NCBI RefSeq assembly: GCF_009834535.1
Contig: NC_045700.1
Coordinates: 93,000,001-93,064,000, forward strand
Origin: Camelus ferus
Lineage: Eukaryota
DNA: 64,000 nt
Reading direction: 5' to 3'
Shown: positions 61,587 to 64,000 of the stretch, in pieces
Numbering within the stretch: the first letter of the stretch is position 1
Layout: each line of letters begins with the position of its first letter
Translations under genes and position numbers: made by a program
Notes under the pieces: generated by a model
Databases searched by the model: none
What the model was told of the DNA's origin: nothing
Seen by the model: the letters and a program-made list of their open reading frames with translations, nothing else

Positions 61587-62038
61587 TGTGGGTTTAATTG
61601 TGTCCCCCCGAAAGACAGGCTGAGGTCCTAACCCCCTGGTACCCATGAATGTGACTTTATTTGGAAATCAGGTCTTTGCAGATGTAATTAAGATGTAAGT
61701 TAAGTTGAGGGCGTATTGGTAGGGGAGACCCTTAAACCAATAAAGCGGGTGTCCTCATAAGAAGAGGACAAGAGACAGAGGCACATGGGGAGAGGGCCAT
61801 GTGTCGACAGAGGCAGAGATGGGAGTAATACGCCCACGAACCAGCAGCGCCGCAGATGGCAGGCCGAGCTGAGAGAGGCACGGAACAGAGCTGTCCTCTG
61901 AGCCCGAAGAAGGGACCAAACCCAGCTAACACCTTTGATTTCGGACTTCTGACCTCCAGAGCCACGAGAAGGAAGTTCAGGTGTTTGAAGCCACCCAGTT
62001 TGTGCTGCCGTGTTTCAGCAGTCCCGGGAAACTAACAC
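61587..62038 (+). mobile_element. MLT1C-type MaLR solo LTR
   Basis: Start tgtgggtttaattgtgtcccccgaaaga; gaatgtgactttatttggaaatcaggtctttgcagatg; end cagcagtcccgggaaactaaca. Confidence 0.9.
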
Positions 62039-62399
62039 CAAGGGGTTCAGAGGTGCACCCCGAGCCAGGCTAGCACCCACATCTCCTGACCCGCTTCCCT
62101 CCGCCTGCCCCTGCTCAGGGCGGAGCTCAGTCAGTACAAAACAACTGCTCCACTGGAGAGAAAGTCCTGAAACACGTGGGTTTAGAGAATTCGACGTACG
62201 TGGAGCCCCGCCCTGACGGTCTAGCATTGGCCGAGCCGCCGGCTCCCGTTACAGATGTGAATTACCGGGGCTTAAACACAAGAGCAAAACCCTCCAGCCT
62301 GATTTCCAAAATTCAGTATTGGCCCAGAGGAAAGTAAGCCTCTGCTTTTCATCTGCGAGGAAAATTTCTCGGCTCACAAGGCCCCTTTCCTGGCTCTTG

Positions 62400-62780
62400 G
62401 CGGAGCCCCACCGCTCTTCAGGGAAGGACGGTTAGGCCCGTTATGGTGTGTGGTCCCTAAATAGCCGCCGGTCTGTGGGACTGTGTGCTCTGGAGCACAA
62501 ACTGGTCTTCTTTACATTTCCTAGTAGTTAGATACCGCTTCTCTGAACGCAGCGTAATTTCTGCCGGTTCCCGTGGGAGCCCCGTAGCCGTGCTAAGCGA
62601 CGCCGGGCGCCCCGCCTCCTGCTCCCGGTTCCGGGTCGGCTCCCGCCAGCCGCGGCCGCGGCAGTAGGGTGCCTGCCGTCACGTGCTCGCCGGCCAGAAC
62701 GGAGGACCACTCCGCCGGAGGGGGAAAGAGCCTTCCCACCAGCACCGGAAGCGGAAGGAGCCTCCTCACGGATGGCAGTG
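62400..62780. promoter_or_regulatory. CpG-island-like promoter element
   Basis: About 36 CpG in ~370 bp by hand count; GC box ccccgcctcc 62610-62619, E-box gtcacgtg 62678-62685, tandem ETS ccggaagcggaag 62745-62757. Confidence 0.65.
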
Positions 62781-64000
62781 CCTGCTGACACTTTTTAGCT
62801 GCTCTTTTCATTTTACTGTTGTCCGAGTCCTTTGTTGTGAAATAATCTTAGCAGCCCTGAGAAAAGAACTAGGGTGCATTAAAAGTTTGAGAGGGAGGGG
62901 GGAGAGGAAATTAGGGAAGATTCAAAAGCAGCGGGAGGGGGTGCTAAGTGCCAAACGTATGATTTTTTCCTGTGTTGTCTTAGAATTTCGGGGAAGGTCC
63001 CATTCCCGAGGACAGTAGGAAAGAAGTGACTTCAGGTTCTAACAAAGCTTCAGGACAGATCCCCACGGGCCGCATCCTGAGTGGACCCAGTAGGCTCTGT
63101 GGTCCTCAAGCCCGCCAGCAGGCTATCCCAGCCACCACTGGAGTTTACCGGAGACCATGGATAGAAGTGGCGGCGTGGGGGGTGAGGAGGATGCTGAAGT
63201 GTTTCCTGTGACTCCCCTCCAAGCCCCCAAAACTCCAAAAGAACCCTCCTTCGAGATTGTTGGTGTCCGTGTCTTCCTCCCACCTGAATGGTGGCTGAGC
63301 TGCAGAAACTCATGACCATCCTGCTCCCTGGGCTGGAGCTTAGAAGCAGGGGCCTTGGGAGCACTGGAACCTGTGGCCCACCAGAGGCTCTGAGGGTGGG
63401 GGCTCATGAAATATGTGATGGCAAGGCTGGGAGAGGGGCGGCAGCCACACGACAGCACAGACCCCTACATGCGCGTGGTAAGGAAGCCTGAGTTTCCTTT
63501 GGGCCAAGTGGATGATGAAAAGATAGCCTGATGGAGCTGACTTTAAGGGAACCCACCCAAAAGGGTGGTCTTCAAGGCCATAGGGACCTCGGCTGTAAAA
63601 GGCCGTGGGGTGGACCCCTGGGGCAGAAGCGGAGGAAAATTTGCAATAATACAGCCCTCCAAAGAGCTGATACCTCGAGTGAGAAAAAGAGCCAGTGCTT
63701 GGACACTTGTCAGGACCAAGAGCTTTGAGAGAGAGGCTCAGGATGGGGGAGCAATAGCTGCTGTTCGGAATGGAAGGGCCCAGAAATATATAGCTGAACT
63801 GGCTCCCCAAGGAACCTTTGGAAAATCTGTGCGTGTGTGCATGTGCATGGGTGTGTATGCATGCATTTGAGTTCTTAAAATCTCATGGGTCAGTCCTTTA
63901 ACTATTCTCCCCATATTCTCCACCATCACTGTTAGTTTAGACATAAAATGTTAAATATGACAGCCAAAAATAGAATGGGATAGAAAAAGATAGGAATTAA

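Noticed and set aside
57038-62038. The two MLT1C LTRs as ends of one MaLR element
   Set aside because: The intervening 4.1 kb is unique DNA plus L1/MIR, not MLT-int, and there is no shared TSD.
8697-62995. Enrichment of STAT (TTCNNNGAA) or AP-1 sites
   Set aside because: The handful seen does not exceed random expectation (about 16 and about 8 per 64 kb respectively).
1-64000. The several hundred ORFs in the supplied track as genes
   Set aside because: They are short, overlap in all frames, are low-complexity or repeat-derived and show no recognisable domains. The only identifiable ones are L1 ORF2 remnants.

Overview
Mammalian genomic DNA, probably a camelid (alpaca or camel). This inference rests on tRNA-Ala-derived SINEs and on the young L1 3' ends; I saw no Alu, B1, Bov-tA/BovB, PRE-1 or CHR-2 elements. 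The window is GC-rich, repeat-dense and intergenic or intronic in character, with four short N gaps. I recognise no protein-coding gene. The only ORFs I can assign are dead L1 ORF2 C-terminal fragments; the rest of the ORF track looks like chance. Content: about 14 5'-truncated L1 ends (several with clear TSDs), older L1M/L2/MIR/MER5A fragments, MaLR (MLT1) and MER21-type solo LTRs, three tRNA-Ala SINEs, and several microsatellites. The non-repeat DNA has a CpG-island-like promoter (~62.4-62.8 kb), smaller CpG clusters (~10.5, 42.3, 47.7, 58.1 kb) and several orphan + strand splice sites that could belong to an unannotated lncRNA or micro-ORF transcript. Most interesting observations: (1) two same-family ERV1-type solo LTRs in inverted, convergent orientation 2.3 kb apart, one carrying an expanded 23-bp CCAAT array and two octamers; (2) an old L1 fragment with an extreme AT-to-GC substitution bias relative to its sister copy in this window; (3) a probable 250-bp 3' retrocopy of an unidentified mRNA inside an old L1; (4) phase-compatible orphan exons. 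I found no evidence for a wholly new biological system. Repeat subfamily names come from my memory of consensus sequences and need RepeatMasker/Dfam confirmation.
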